From the NCBI GenBank assembly GCA_038087875.1, contig JAXLNO010000230.1, positions 124,001 to 188,000 on the forward strand: a stretch of 64,000 bases of DNA. Direction: 5' to 3'. Position 1 is the stretch's first letter, and the number at the start of each line of letters is the position of its first letter. Shown piece by piece: positions 37,810 to 49,349 of this stretch. Both the position numbers and the translations under genes were made by a program. This DNA is from Malacoraja senta (Eukaryota). The notes under the pieces are model-generated. The model was not told the DNA's origin. It worked only from the letters and a program-made list of their open reading frames with translations, and did not search any database.

Positions 37810-39123
37810 CAAAGATGCTATAGCAAGCAAGATAGCCCACTCGACGAAAAAGACGTAGTACGGTCATGGGCAGATTCATGGGTAATCTTCGGCCCCATTT
37901 CCGTAACCGGCTTCCGTCTCCGCCATCTTTGTCCGCCATAGATACTAGTGCGGAGACAGAAGCTGGTTACGGAAACATCCTCGTAAAAATCAAGCATTTT
38001 AGGTAAAATTCTTCTCATTTTCTTTCTGCCTCTCTGCCACAATAAAAAGCAAAAAGATGCCTATGTTCCTTCCACATTCATATATGTGTGTAGACAATAT
38101 CACATTCATATATGTGTGTAGACAAAAGTGCTGGAGAAACTCAGTGGGTGCGGGTGCAATTTTCCAGCACCTGCAGTTCCTTCTTAAACATATATGTGTG
38201 TATGTGTTTAAGAAGGAACTGGAGATGCTGGAAAATCGAAGGTACACAAAAATGCTGGAGAAACTCAGCGGGTGCAGCAGCATCTATGGAACGAAGGAAA
38301 TAGGCAACGTTTCGGGCCGATTAGGTCCGACATTAAGGTCTGAAGAAGGGTTCTGGCCCGAAATGTTGCCTATTTCCTTCGCTCCATAGATGCTGCTGCA
38401 GCCGCTGAGTTTCTCCAGCATTTTTGTGTACCTATGTGTGTATGTGTGTTCTTTCCTACACAATCTAATCAGTTGTATGGTCGCTGAATAAAACCATCCT
38501 TAAGTCATACATCGTTTTTTAATCTAGCTCAAAATAATTTTTATTTTGTTAAATACTTCATTTAGATAACCCCACCATTACAGACAGATCTCATTCCACT
38601 CTCTGGCTATTGGGAAGACCTGGCCCATTTTATTGTTGAGAAACAATTCCAAAGACACAAAATAAACATTAAGGACCATTCCAAGATTCCAAGAGCAGAG
38701 CAACTGGAATCTTCATATTGCTATTATTTTGCAAATACCACAGTTGTGAACAGTGTGATTAGATGAATTACAAGTGCAAGAGTAATACAAAAATCAACTC
38801 AAACTCAAACACAGCACATGAGCTATTTAAAAAGAAACGCTTTTTAAAAAAACATTGAAAAAAGACAATTAATAGAATCATAATTTGTTAACATATTAAT
38901 CTTTAACAAAATTTAACAGAATTATGAATGAACAGAATTATGAATCTAACCCTATATCACACACACAAACTGTTCCCCTGCAACGCCGAGAGGGATTTAC
39001 AAAGTCGGGTCGGGTTACTGAAATGGATGAAAAAAAGGCCCACGTTCCGCTCCGTTGCGTACTACACATCAGCCCATTACATTTAGCAGGAGTGGTCTAT
39101 CTTGCTCTGCTATAGGACCTTTG
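37810..39123. mobile_element. Non-autonomous TIR transposon with CAAAG...CTTTG ends and 8-bp TSD (P-element-like)
   Basis: TIRs of about 33 bp. TSD CTCCAAAC at 37802-37809 and 39124-39131. Internal 26-bp inverted repeat at 37898-37923 and 37950-37975. Confidence 0.8.
38208..38432. mobile_element. Fold-back Penelope-terminus element with hammerhead-like core
   Basis: Arms 38240-38318 and 38355-38433. CTGAAGA at 38340. Flanking duplication TATGTGTGTATGTGT at 38193-38207 and 38433-38447. Confidence 0.85.
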
Positions 39124-39784
39124 CTCCAAACCTTCCTTGCACCCTTTTGTCTTCTTCACTTATCACCCCTAGTCATTGTTACTGATTAACATGTCTGACA
39201 ACTACCTAGGTATGCCATTGGAGCAATTGAAGTTGATAATTGGTTAGAAATGAGCAGCAGGATTTAAATGCCAAAACTTGCATCTCCTGAATTAAACACT
39301 TGTTCACTAATGACCATGAAATCATTGAGTTCTAATTTACAGTTGTTGTTTCATATAAAGAAAACCGCTAATGAATAATGATTAAATTAAAAAAATGGAA
39401 CAAATAGTATTGCGGAGCAATTGTTTAAAATAATCTTTATTGTTTAAAATTGTTTAGAATGTACTTTGTAAAATGATATTTCAGCCTAGTCCCCCTTCTT
39501 AAAAATGGTCACTATTAGAGCATCCCTCAGTTCTGAGGGAAGTTCGTCTTTTCCCCAGACCATGAGTAGGGTGTGGATATGGTACAGGAGCTTGGGTCCA
39601 CCTTCCTTTAAGATCTCAGCTGGGATCCCATCTGGACCGGTGGCCTTGTTGTTCTTAAGGCTCTTGATGGCATCTTGAACCTCTGTCAGAGTGGGAGGTT
39701 CTTCCATGTCTTCTCTGATGGGACTCTGGGGGATGCGGTGGGTAATGTCTGGTTCAGTTGTGCTGTCACGGTTGAGGAGTTCCT

Positions 39785-39926
39785 TCTTCTTCTTCTTGCG
39801 TATGACGTGCACAGCCTAAACTTGTAGGACAACTTGTTCTATTTGATCTTATTTGATTGTGCACACCAGGTTGATTGCATTCGTCAAAACAGGGCGGACC
39901 ACGTGAAGATTGCAATCTCCCACCCC
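39785..39926 (-). mobile_element. Short retroposon insertion with (AAG)n tail
   Basis: 11-bp TSD GAGGAGTTCCT at 39774-39784 and 39927-39937; interrupts the RTE frame. Confidence 0.85.
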
Positions 39927-41769
39927 GAGGAGTTCCTGGAAGTGCTCTTTCCATCGGGCGTTAATGGACTCTTTGTCCTTCAGCAGTTCTTGTCCGTCTT
40001 TTGAGCGCAGGGGGTTTGGACCATAGACGACCTTAGTAGCTCTGAGACTCACCCGAGTCTGCCAGTCTCTGGATTTCCAGAGCCTTATCTGTCAACCAAG
40101 AGTTCTTACGCTCCCTCACCTGGCTCTCGATGTCCACCTTGGCTCTGGAGTGAGCTGCTCTTTTGGCCTTGCAGGTTACATCATTTTGCCAGGCACAAAA
40201 GGCTTTCCTTTTCTTGGAGATGAGCTGTTCTATCTCTGTGTCATTCTCGTCAAACCAGTCCTGGTGTTTTCTGGACTTGCACCCAAGGATGTTTTTACAG
40301 GTATCAAGGATGGTGGGTTTGAGCTGGCTCCAGTGCCCTTCAATGTCATCAGGATATTCCTGTTGGAGGTTTTCCTCAAGAGAAGCTTGAAGTCGCTGCT
40401 GGGTGGCAGTTTCCTCCAGGCTTCAAGGCAGCCTTGGCCTGATCTGCTTCGTTTTGAATCCTCCTCTTCCTCTTGAGTTTGAGCGGATGAGGCGATGATC
40501 TGTCCAGCAGTCATCTGCATTGATCATGGCCCTTGTGATGTTCACGTCATGGCGGTCTCTGGCTCGTACAATGACATAGTCAACGAGATGCCACTGTTTG
40601 GAGCGTGAGTGTCTCCAAGTGCCTTACGTTTGTTTTTCTGGCGAAAGAGGATGTTAGTGGGGCATCTCGCTCCTGTCAACAACAGGCAAAGTCCTTGCTC
40701 GTGTTCTCGCAAACCGACTTCTACCACTGTCTGCGGAGGTACTCCCAGAATCACAGTGTGGCTTCCGCCCATTCAGAGATACAGCAGACATGACATTCAC
40801 AGCATGCCAACTCCAGAAAAAAGGCAGCCTTTGTACATGGCCTTCATAGACCTGACAAAGGCTTTTGACTCGGTTGACCGCCAGGCTCTTTGGAGCATAC
40901 TATCAAGGTATGGTTGTCACGACAAGTACATCAGAATATTGAGGCTTCTACATGATGGCATGTCGGTCACAGTGCTCAGCAACTGCGGCTCTGAGTCCGA
41001 GCCCTTAACTGTGGATACGGTGGTCAACAGGGATGTATCATCGCACCCACCCTATTTGTCGTCTTCATTGCTGCATACTTCACCTCATTGGTGAAGAGCT
41101 GCCATAGGGGATCCCAATCCTCTACAGAACTGACGGTGGGCTCTTCAACCTCAATAGGTTGAAGGCCAAGAACAAAGTCAGTAACACCACCATCATGGAG
41201 CTTCAGTACGTGGATGACTGCGCCATTGCAGCACACTCTGCAGAAGACCTCCAGGGCACCCTTAATGCCTTTGCCAAGGCATAGAGAGCCATGGGCCTAG
41301 CCTTAAACATCAAGAAGACACAGGTCGTACATCAACCTCCACCCAACCAGCTGTCTAACCAGCCCACTATAAAAGTGGACGACACCACTCTTGTAAACGT
41401 TGACCACTCAGGGCCGGCCTTAGGAGGAGCGGGGCCTAATTGTGAACAATTTTCATAGAAATATAAATAAATAATTAAAATGAGTCGCGTGTCGTGAGTA
41501 ATATGACAGTCAGCCGGCTTTAAAAAAATCTTAAACCGTGCATGCGCAGATTGTTATCTCCGTAAAAATAAAAATAAAAATAAATAAAGTAACAATTCAA
41601 TTTGCCCAAGGCTTCCAAATCTCCTTCTTTCTGAATTACTGAATGGGTGGGGGGTGGAGGGTGACGACAGGTGGAAAGATGGTGGGAAAAACTGGAGCAC
41701 ACCGGGACAGGTTGAATCAGTTGTCATCTTATTGAATGACTATACTAGTTCAAGGGACCAATTGGGGGG

Positions 41770-42820
41770 AGATACATTTGGAAAGATCCTATTCAGTTTA
41801 GACTTTGAATATTAGAGTCTGCAGTATTTTAAATTGAATTAACGAATGCCTAACATTAATCGAGCAATTGTGTATATAGAAGGTTTTCTTCCCATCTGTC
41901 TTTTAGAATTTTTAGGCCAAGTTCGTCTTCCCAAGCTCTTCTAATTACTTCTGACGATGGAATTTCTATATTTTAAACGGTATTATACAGTTATGATATT
42001 AACTTGTTTGAGTCTGAATTTCTATTCATACATTCGTCTAGTATGTCTGGCAACAAAGATTGGTAGTCTTGGGTATATGATTTCAGATAGTCTCGAATTT
42101 GATGGTATCTGAAATATTGATTACCTTTCAGGTGATATTTCGACTAATTCTTGAAATGAGAGAAGAGTTCCCATCTCATAAAGATCTCCGAGTTTTTTGA
42201 TTCCTAATCTTTCCCAATATGTGAACGTTTTGTCTAAAATAGATGGCTTGAACAAAGGATTATTGGCAATTGGAGAAAGAAGAGATAAATTTCTCAGTTT
42301 AAGGGTTGACTTCACTTGTCTCCAGATTCGTAAAGTACTGTGGATAATTGGATTTTTCTCATATAGTGTTTTCTTCAAATTTATTGGAGAGAGAAGGATC
42401 GCGCCTATATTAAAAGGCGAGCAATCCTCTCTCTCCATTATTAACCAATTTACCTGTTGACCTGTATTGTCCAACCAATAAATTACATTTTTAATATTCG
42501 TTGCCCAATAATAGTATAAGAAGTTGGGGAGAGCCAATCCACCAGTTTCTTTGGGTTTACATAGGTGCCGTTTACGAATTCTATGTGTTTTATAATCCCA
42601 AATAAATTTTGTAATCAGAGAATCAAGTTTTTTGAAAAATATTTTAGGAAGATATATCGGTATTGATTGGAATAAGTACAGGATTTGTGGGAGGAAGATC
42701 ATCTTTATGGCATTTATTCTGCCTATTAGAGACATCGGAAGTGTTTTCCAAAATTGAATAAGAGCATTTAATTTAGTAACTAAAGGAGGAAATTTTGCGT
42801 TAAATAGAGTATATTTCACA
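41770..42820 (-). mobile_element. L1-clade LINE ORF2 C-terminal fragment
   Basis: WKTLPMSLIGRINAIKMIFLPQILYLFQSIPI...FIW...GGLALPNFLYYYWA. Confidence 0.88.
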
Positions 42821-42941
42821 ATATAACATGATTTTTTAATTTTTTAATTTCACTGTCAAGAATTTATATGCCAGATGGAAGGAATTTAATGTTTAATTCC
42901 CATAAATTAATCTAGAAACATCCACTCAATATAATCAAAAT

Positions 42942-43593
42942 CTCTGTAGAACCTGCAATGTGGTGTTACATATATATAGCAATCAGTGATGGAAATGGGT
43001 TTTAGGAACTAGGGATATGCTAAGGTCCGTGAGGCTGAGGTTGGGCAGGAAGGGGGGGGGGGTAGACGCTATAAGCCCCCCATGAGAAATTTTATTTAAC
43101 TCTGAAATTGAGGATAGGCAAAAGCTGGAGTAACTCAGCAGGACAGGCAGCACTGCGACTCTGGAGAGAAGACCCTTCTTCAGACTGAACTCTCATCGGT
43201 GAGAGTACTTGTGATTGTCTAAAGAAGGGTCTCGACCAGAAACGCAACCCTCTCCCCAGAGCCTCTGTAGAACCTGCAATGTGGTGTTACATATATATAG
43301 CAATCAGTGATAGAAATGGGTTTTAGGAACTAGGGGTACGCTAAGGTCCGCGAGGCTGAGGTTGGGAAGGAAGGGGGAGGGGGGGGGGTAGATGCTATAA
43401 GCCCCCCATGAGAAATTTTATCTAACTCTGAAATTGAAGATAGACAAAAGCTGGAGTAGCTCAGCAGGACAGGCAGCGCAGCGACTCTGGAGAGAAGACC
43501 CTTCTTCAGACTGAACTGAACTCTCGTCGGTGAGAGTACTTGTGATTGTCCGAAGAAGGGGCTCGACCAGAAACGCAACCCTCTCCCCAGAGC
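42942..43593. repeat. Tandem duplication of about 320-330 bp including a Penelope-terminus fragment
   Basis: Copies 42942-43262 and 43263-43593 both start CTCTGTAGAACCTGCAATG and differ by scattered substitutions. Confidence 0.93.
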
Positions 43594-43830
43594 CCCTTCC
43601 CGTCCCGCTGAGCCACCACAGACAGGGAGTTGAAGGTAGACACAGGGGGGTCCACCTTCAACTTCAGCGCCAAACAAAAAACACAGAGTGCTGGAGGCAC
43701 TCAGCGGGCAAGGCAGCACCCGTGGAGGGAACATATCACTTATCAGGAGCCGCCACGGGCCAGGACTCTGTCTCCCTCCCCCCCCCCCAACAGAAAGGAA
43801 CCGCAGATGCAGCCGTCACCGCAAAACGTC

Positions 43831-44034
43831 TAAGAAGGAACTGCAGATGCTGGAAAATCAAAGATAGACAAAAATGCTGGAGAAACTCAGCGGGTGAGGC
43901 AGCATCTATGGAGCGAAGGAAATAGCCAACGTTTCGGGCCGGGTCTGAAGAAGGGTTTCGACCCGAAATGTTGCCTATTTCCTTCGCTCCATAGATGCTG
44001 CCTCACCCGCTGAGTTTCTCCAGCACTTTTGTCA
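43831..44034. mobile_element. Fold-back Penelope-terminus element with hammerhead-like core
   Basis: 13-bp TSD ACCGCAAAACGTC at 43818-43830 and 44035-44047. Core CTGAAGA-A-GGGT-TTCG-ACCC-GAAA at 43945-43968. Confidence 0.88.
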
Positions 44035-44230
44035 ACCGCAAAACGTCAATGATTCCGGGAATGCCGAGAGAGCTAAAGAGAGATGAGATGGGGAGCGGTA
44101 GAGAGGGAGCACGAAAGAGAGAGAGGGAGGGAGAGAGCGAAAGAGGTAAATTGAACGACTAACCTGCTGCACACCAAGAAGCTCACCAAGAAGAAGCCCT
44201 CAATCATGATGGTGAGTTTTAAGAAATTCT

Positions 44231-44403
44231 CAATGTGTCATCAATGCATCGATCTACATTCCTCAGTAAATGTAATTGTGTTTTGAACAAGTATTAATGA
44301 CACCGCGTGAATTGTATTCAAAGGGACGCAGCGTCATTAATACTTGTTCAAAACACAATTACATTTACTGAGGAATGTGGATCGATGCATTGATGACACA
44401 TTG
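44231..44403. repeat. 71-bp near-perfect inverted repeat (long hairpin)
   Basis: Arms 44231-44301 and 44333-44403, one mismatch, 31-nt spacer. Confidence 0.95.
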
Positions 44404-46989
44404 TATAACTACTTGTTAACTACTGGCTGTTAACAAGTGCTACAGTAGTAGTTAACAAATAGTTTGTGTCTGATGGCCGTGCAGCGGTTGTTATCCATGT
44501 TCGGTTTGTAAAAAAATTCGTATGGCGAATGTTTAAAAAAAAAATCTTTATTTAACAAAATGAATTTGTATTTCCGTACGAAATATGGAAAATTAACACG
44601 GGGGCCCCCCTTAGGCGCGGGGGCCCAATTGGGAGAAATCGGTCCAATCGGCTTAAGGCCGGCCCTGTGTCCACTTCCCCTACCTTGGCAGCATTCTTTC
44701 CTCAAAAGCTGACATCGACTCTGAGGTCAACCATCGCCTGAGTTGTGCTAGTTCAGATTCAGGAAAAGAGTCTTAAGACCGAGACCTAAAGGCGCAAACA
44801 AAACTGCTGGTCTACAGAGCCGTTGTCGTCTCCACCTGTTGTATGGAGCCGTCATGGACCACCTACAGCAGGCACCTGAGATCCCTGGAACAATACCATC
44901 AAAGATCCTTACGAAAGATTCTGCGGATCAGCTGGGAGGACAAATGCACCAGTGTTTTGGAGGAAGCCAACATGACCAGCATCACCACCACAATAATGTA
45001 GCACCAACTTCGATGGATTGGCCATGTCAACCGCATGTCCAACACACATCTCCCTAAACAAATCCTGTACTCTCAATTGAAGGAAGGTTGGCAAGCCCCC
45101 GGCGGGCCAAAGAAATGCTTCAAGGACAACATCAAGAACAGTCTGAAGAAATTCCACATCACATCGTGGAACTGGCAGCACATTGCACTGGACAGGCGCT
45201 CCTGGAGGAAATCCGTGCAGGAAGGAGCTGTATGTCACGAAATTGAACTACGCCGTGTTGCAGAGACAAAGCGACAGCACCGTAAGGAGAGAGAGAAGGG
45301 GGCTCGATGACTACCAACCACCACCAGTCTCCACTGCCCACGTTGCACCAAGGTGTGTGGATCGCGGTTAGACCTCTACAGACATCTGCAGACCCACAAG
45401 TAGACGACCCTATGGAGAGGAGAGGACAGGACAGTCATACTCGTTTCGAGTGACCGCCGATGATGATGATGACTTTGTAAAATGATAATCAGTTCTAGAT
45501 CTTAAACTCACTACTGCATTTTGTTTGGGGGGAACAACATGATATACTAGGTGTCCCCCATGTTTTACCATAAATTTCTTTCTTTCAATATTTTGATCAC
45601 AAAGTGGTACTGTAGCTTTGTCACTAAAGATGATGTTTAGAATAATACACAATGTTGTTCCTGTTGTGGGACAATGTTACATGGTGTATGTGTTGCACTT
45701 GTACAGAATGGTTGAGGGGTGTTTGAAATGAATTCCATCTGGTGTGTTTTAATTTAATTTATATTTAAAATATTGTCAGCATGCAATATGGACAAACAGT
45801 TGGATCTTCCTTCCTGTCAGTTACATTGTATATTAGACTTTATATTAATACAGTAGCCACATCTTTTTTTAAACACAAAATAGGAGATTTACCAAAATAT
45901 TATGGCACAATGGCTTTATAGTCTTTTTTATTAGTAAATTTTATATTGGGGTTAATTATATTTGTTTATCGATAGACATACTGCATCTATTAATGTTTTC
46001 CAAGTTTAATGATGCCCATACTTTGTGACAGCAGATAAAGAATTAATTTCCATTTAAAATTCCTTTCCTAGCTGAAACTATTAGAGCGTGATATGGAAAT
46101 GTTATTTGCTGCATGTTCTCTAAGGCTATAGTCAGATGTCATTTTTACTTTGCTATCTTAATGGAAGTAATCTCAGCCCTGCTGGGTTCTTTGACATTTT
46201 TTTTGAATCGAATCATTGCTCATACTGATCAAGCAAGCATTTGGATGAAAATAGACAGCCTTTTTTCTATTATAATATGATTTGAATGAAATGCATGAAG
46301 TTAGCATTTGACAGTAAATATAAAGCTGCTGTATCAAAATCCATGTATAGCTTGCATGGCAATAAAATTCAGAACTTCGTGATAAGGTTTTATAAAGAAA
46401 CAACTGAAGTTGGAGGGAATTATTTTTGCAAATGTTGGTGCTATATTTCTCCAAACTAAAAAAAATGTAAGGATAAAAATACTATAAAACTGGATTAAAC
46501 TGTGCATCAACAACAAGAATAAAGTGGTCAAATAATGCACATCCTGCAGTATGAGGGGACTACATAGGTCAGCCTAATCCTCCAAATAATTTGGAGTTGT
46601 GGAGATTGTGCATTACTACCATGTGATTTTCAATTAGGATTCCACTGCATGTAAAAAAAAACAATGTGATGATGCTAGAACATGGCAACAGTCTTAAAAA
46701 TAGTACGTACAATCCAAGATCCACATTTCATGGATCACATTTCACAGTGAAATTAGTGATGAGAAAGAGCTGGTATTGAATGGGTACATACTCCCGTTCC
46801 TTCCAGCAATCTGGAATTGATTAGACTATTGATTGTGAAATTGCCGTCCGTGAACTTGTGCCAGATCTGATCATGTTGGTGTGCAATGAAGCAGCCTAAG
46901 TCATTAATTAAACGCTGATGTGAGAAATCATGTCAGTTCTGGCAATTACCTCCTTGAAGTAATTCATTGGAAGTACTCTCAGTTAATGC

Positions 46990-47740
46990 CCTTAAAACAG
47001 TAGTGAAGAAGGCATATGACATGCTTTCCTTCATAGGAAGGGACATTGAGTGCAAGAGTTGGGACATCGTGTTCCAGATGTACAGTGTGCTGGTGAGATC
47101 ACACCTGGAATATTGTGAGCAGCACAGATGGAAAGGATATGATTATGTTGGAGTGCGTTCAGAAAAGATTTGCAAGTATTTTTCTGGGTCTCTTGGGCTT
47201 GTGTTCTGTGGAGAGACTGGAAAGGCTGCAAGTGTTTTTCCTGGGATCTTCTTCTTCTTCTTCTTGCGAATAAAACATAAACCAAAGGTTTCCTGGGATG
47301 AATCAAGTTGAGAGGTTGATAAAATCATGAGAGACATAGATCTGGTGAATGGGCACATTCTTTTCCCCAGTGTAGGGGAGTCTAAAACCAGAGGGCATAG
47401 GTTTAGAGAGAGGGGAAAAGAAGGGTCTCGACCTGAAACGTCACCCATTCCGTCTCTCCAAAGATGCTGCCTATCCCGCTGAGTTACTCCAGCTTTTTGT
47501 GTCTATCCTCTGGGAAAATTTTAAAGTGGACCTGAGAGGATTTTCACATAGAGGGAGGTTGGTATATGGAATGATCTGCCAGACGAAGTGGCAGAGGTGG
47601 TTCAAATACATTTAGATTGGTTCATGAATAGGAAAAGTTAAGAGGGCAAGTGCAGGCAAATGAGTCTAGCTTGGGAAAGGACCTTGTACAGCATGGACAA
47701 GTTGGGCCAAATGGCCTGTTTCTATGCTGTACAACTTTAT
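46990..47740 (+). mobile_element. CR1 3' fragment with small insertions
   Basis: VVKKAYDMLSFIGRDIECKSW...VRSHLEYC and a CR1 3' end. Inserts at 47248-47288 (TSD TTTCCTGGGAT) and 47419-47508 (Penelope terminus). Confidence 0.8.
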
Positions 47741-48490
47741 CACAGAAGTGAAATATGGGGTTAGTTTTAAAAATACGTGGTCATCCTTTAGAAGAGTAAT
47801 TTAATTCATTTGATAATTTGTGTCCCTGAGAAGGATACTGATAAGATTTTAGAAGAAATAAGGAATTGTGTAAAAAAAATTAAATCTGATGGACAGAAAT
47901 GACAGCTTCAAAGAAGATTGACTCACTTAAATTATGTCGCTAGTTCTAACCCAATGTTATAGATATTATCTGTAGCAGGGTAATACTAACTGGACTTAAC
48001 CCCCTGCTTAGGAAGATATGCTAACCTCTGCTGCTCTAAAACAATTTTATTCATGAAAACCAACAATGGTTGGTGCTTTGTCTATCTCAAGCTGACTGAC
48101 ACCACCCTTCCATATTGTCTTTACTCATCTCTGTTTAAAGTAAGCAATAAAGCAAGATACTTGGCTATTTCTTCAGCATGAAGATATTTTTATATCTATC
48201 GCCCACTTCATATTTGCTCTTACTTGCACTTGTTAACTGTCCGTATGAATTTTTAAAATATTTTTCTGTTCATTGATTGTTAACCTTTGTTTATCTTCTT
48301 CCTTTGCACTTTCATATTTTCTTCAGGTTCTTTTATATTCTTGCATTTTATTCCTGCATATTATTCTTCTACAATCTCTGTTTTGATTTTTGCTCAAAAA
48401 TGTATGTATGTATGCATTTACCCCATTTTTGGTCACCCAGATTTTATTCAGCATGTCTAACTGATAGGTTTTATTTCTGGACTTCATTTT

Positions 48491-49349
48491 TGTAAATGGT
48501 CATTACACACGTGTGACATTATAATAGTCTTTAATAAGTATACAGAGTTAAACAATACATGAGTAGTCACTGACTCCAGTCTGCTACTGTACTGCGCAGA
48601 AGGAGAAGCAGGCGTTATTATAAATGATACTTAAGGCGGGGTTAGTAGTGGTGAGGTAGCTATGTGGTTGGTTGCATGCATAAACCATCTACATCCTTCC
48701 CCTTAGAAGATTAAACATGAACACATGATTAAACATGGTGGATAACTGTGGCAACGACTTAAACAAAATCACCATACCGAACAGGCGGCTTGCTGACACG
48801 GCCCGAGCGCGTACGGACCAACCCTTCCTCCCCCTCACCAGAAAGACCCAAACCCGGAGGCGACGAAGCCGGAGGGGAAACAGAAAGCGGCAAGGGGGAC
48901 AAACGTGCAGGAGGGCTACAAAAAACGGTTAGCAATGAGCGACCCACGCGAAGGTGAACAAAACACGCGAGGGGACTGAGGCATGCAGGGGCCGGCAACG
49001 GGATCAGCAGCAGATGGCTGGAACTGCAGCGGCGGAGCGTAAGGTCCGGCTGCCTGCGGGAGCGGCTCCTGTACTGCAAGCAGGTGCTGACGACTCCTGC
49101 GGTAGAGGCGTTGGAGGCGTGGGTTCGTATCCCACTTCTGACACCATGTAAATGGTCATTACACACGTGTGACATTATTATAGTCTTTAATAAGTATACA
49201 GAGTTAAACAATACATGAGTAGTCACTGACTCCAGTCTGCTACTGTACTGCGCAGAAGGAGAAGCAGGCGTTATTATAAATGATACTTAAGGCGGGGTTA
49301 GTAGTGGTGAGGTAGCTATGTGATTGGTTGCATGCATAAACCATCTACA
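48491..49349 (-). mobile_element. Miniature (TRIM-like) Gypsy-derived LTR element, 859 bp
   Basis: 203-bp LTRs at 48491-48693 and 49147-49349 (2 mismatches, TG...CA). TSD ATTTT. PBS TGGTGTCAGAAGTGGGAT. PPT AAGGGGAAGGA. Interior encodes only an integrase tail (RLYRRSRQHL...TRSGRVSKPPVRYGDFV). Confidence 0.95.
49112..49146 (+). other. 35-nt copy of the mature tRNA-Leu (CAA/CAG type) 3' end including CCA; extended PBS, not a tRNA gene
   Basis: TGGAGGCGTGGGTTCGTATCCCACTTCTGACACCA covers variable arm, T-arm, acceptor strand and CCA, with T in place of A58 at 49128. Confidence 0.85.

Larger units (their letters stand above)
41409..44667. mobile_element. Non-autonomous hAT DNA transposon carrying nested insertions
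   Basis: TIR CAGGGCCGGCCTTA at both ends. 8-bp TSD TGACCACT/TGTCCACT. Removing it restores the RTE reading VDHFPYLGS. Confidence 0.9.
39479..45471 (+). mobile_element. RTE-clade LINE with inverted 5' segment, interrupted by a hAT element
   Basis: Minus part 39486-40620 (WTDHR, KATGPDGIPAEILK, IVTIFKKGD). Plus part 40630-41408 and 44668-45471 (YMAFIDLTKAFDSV, QYVDD, HLPKQILYSQL). (GAT)n tail. 16-bp TSD ACTTTGTAAAATGATA. Confidence 0.92.

Noticed and set aside
49112..49146. tRNA-Leu gene
   Set aside because: Only the 3' 35 nt are present, with encoded CCA, abutting an LTR. It is an extended PBS.
48491..49349. Mini-LTR element as a derivative of the Gypsy at 8357-11238
   Set aside because: The LTR sequences show no visible similarity.
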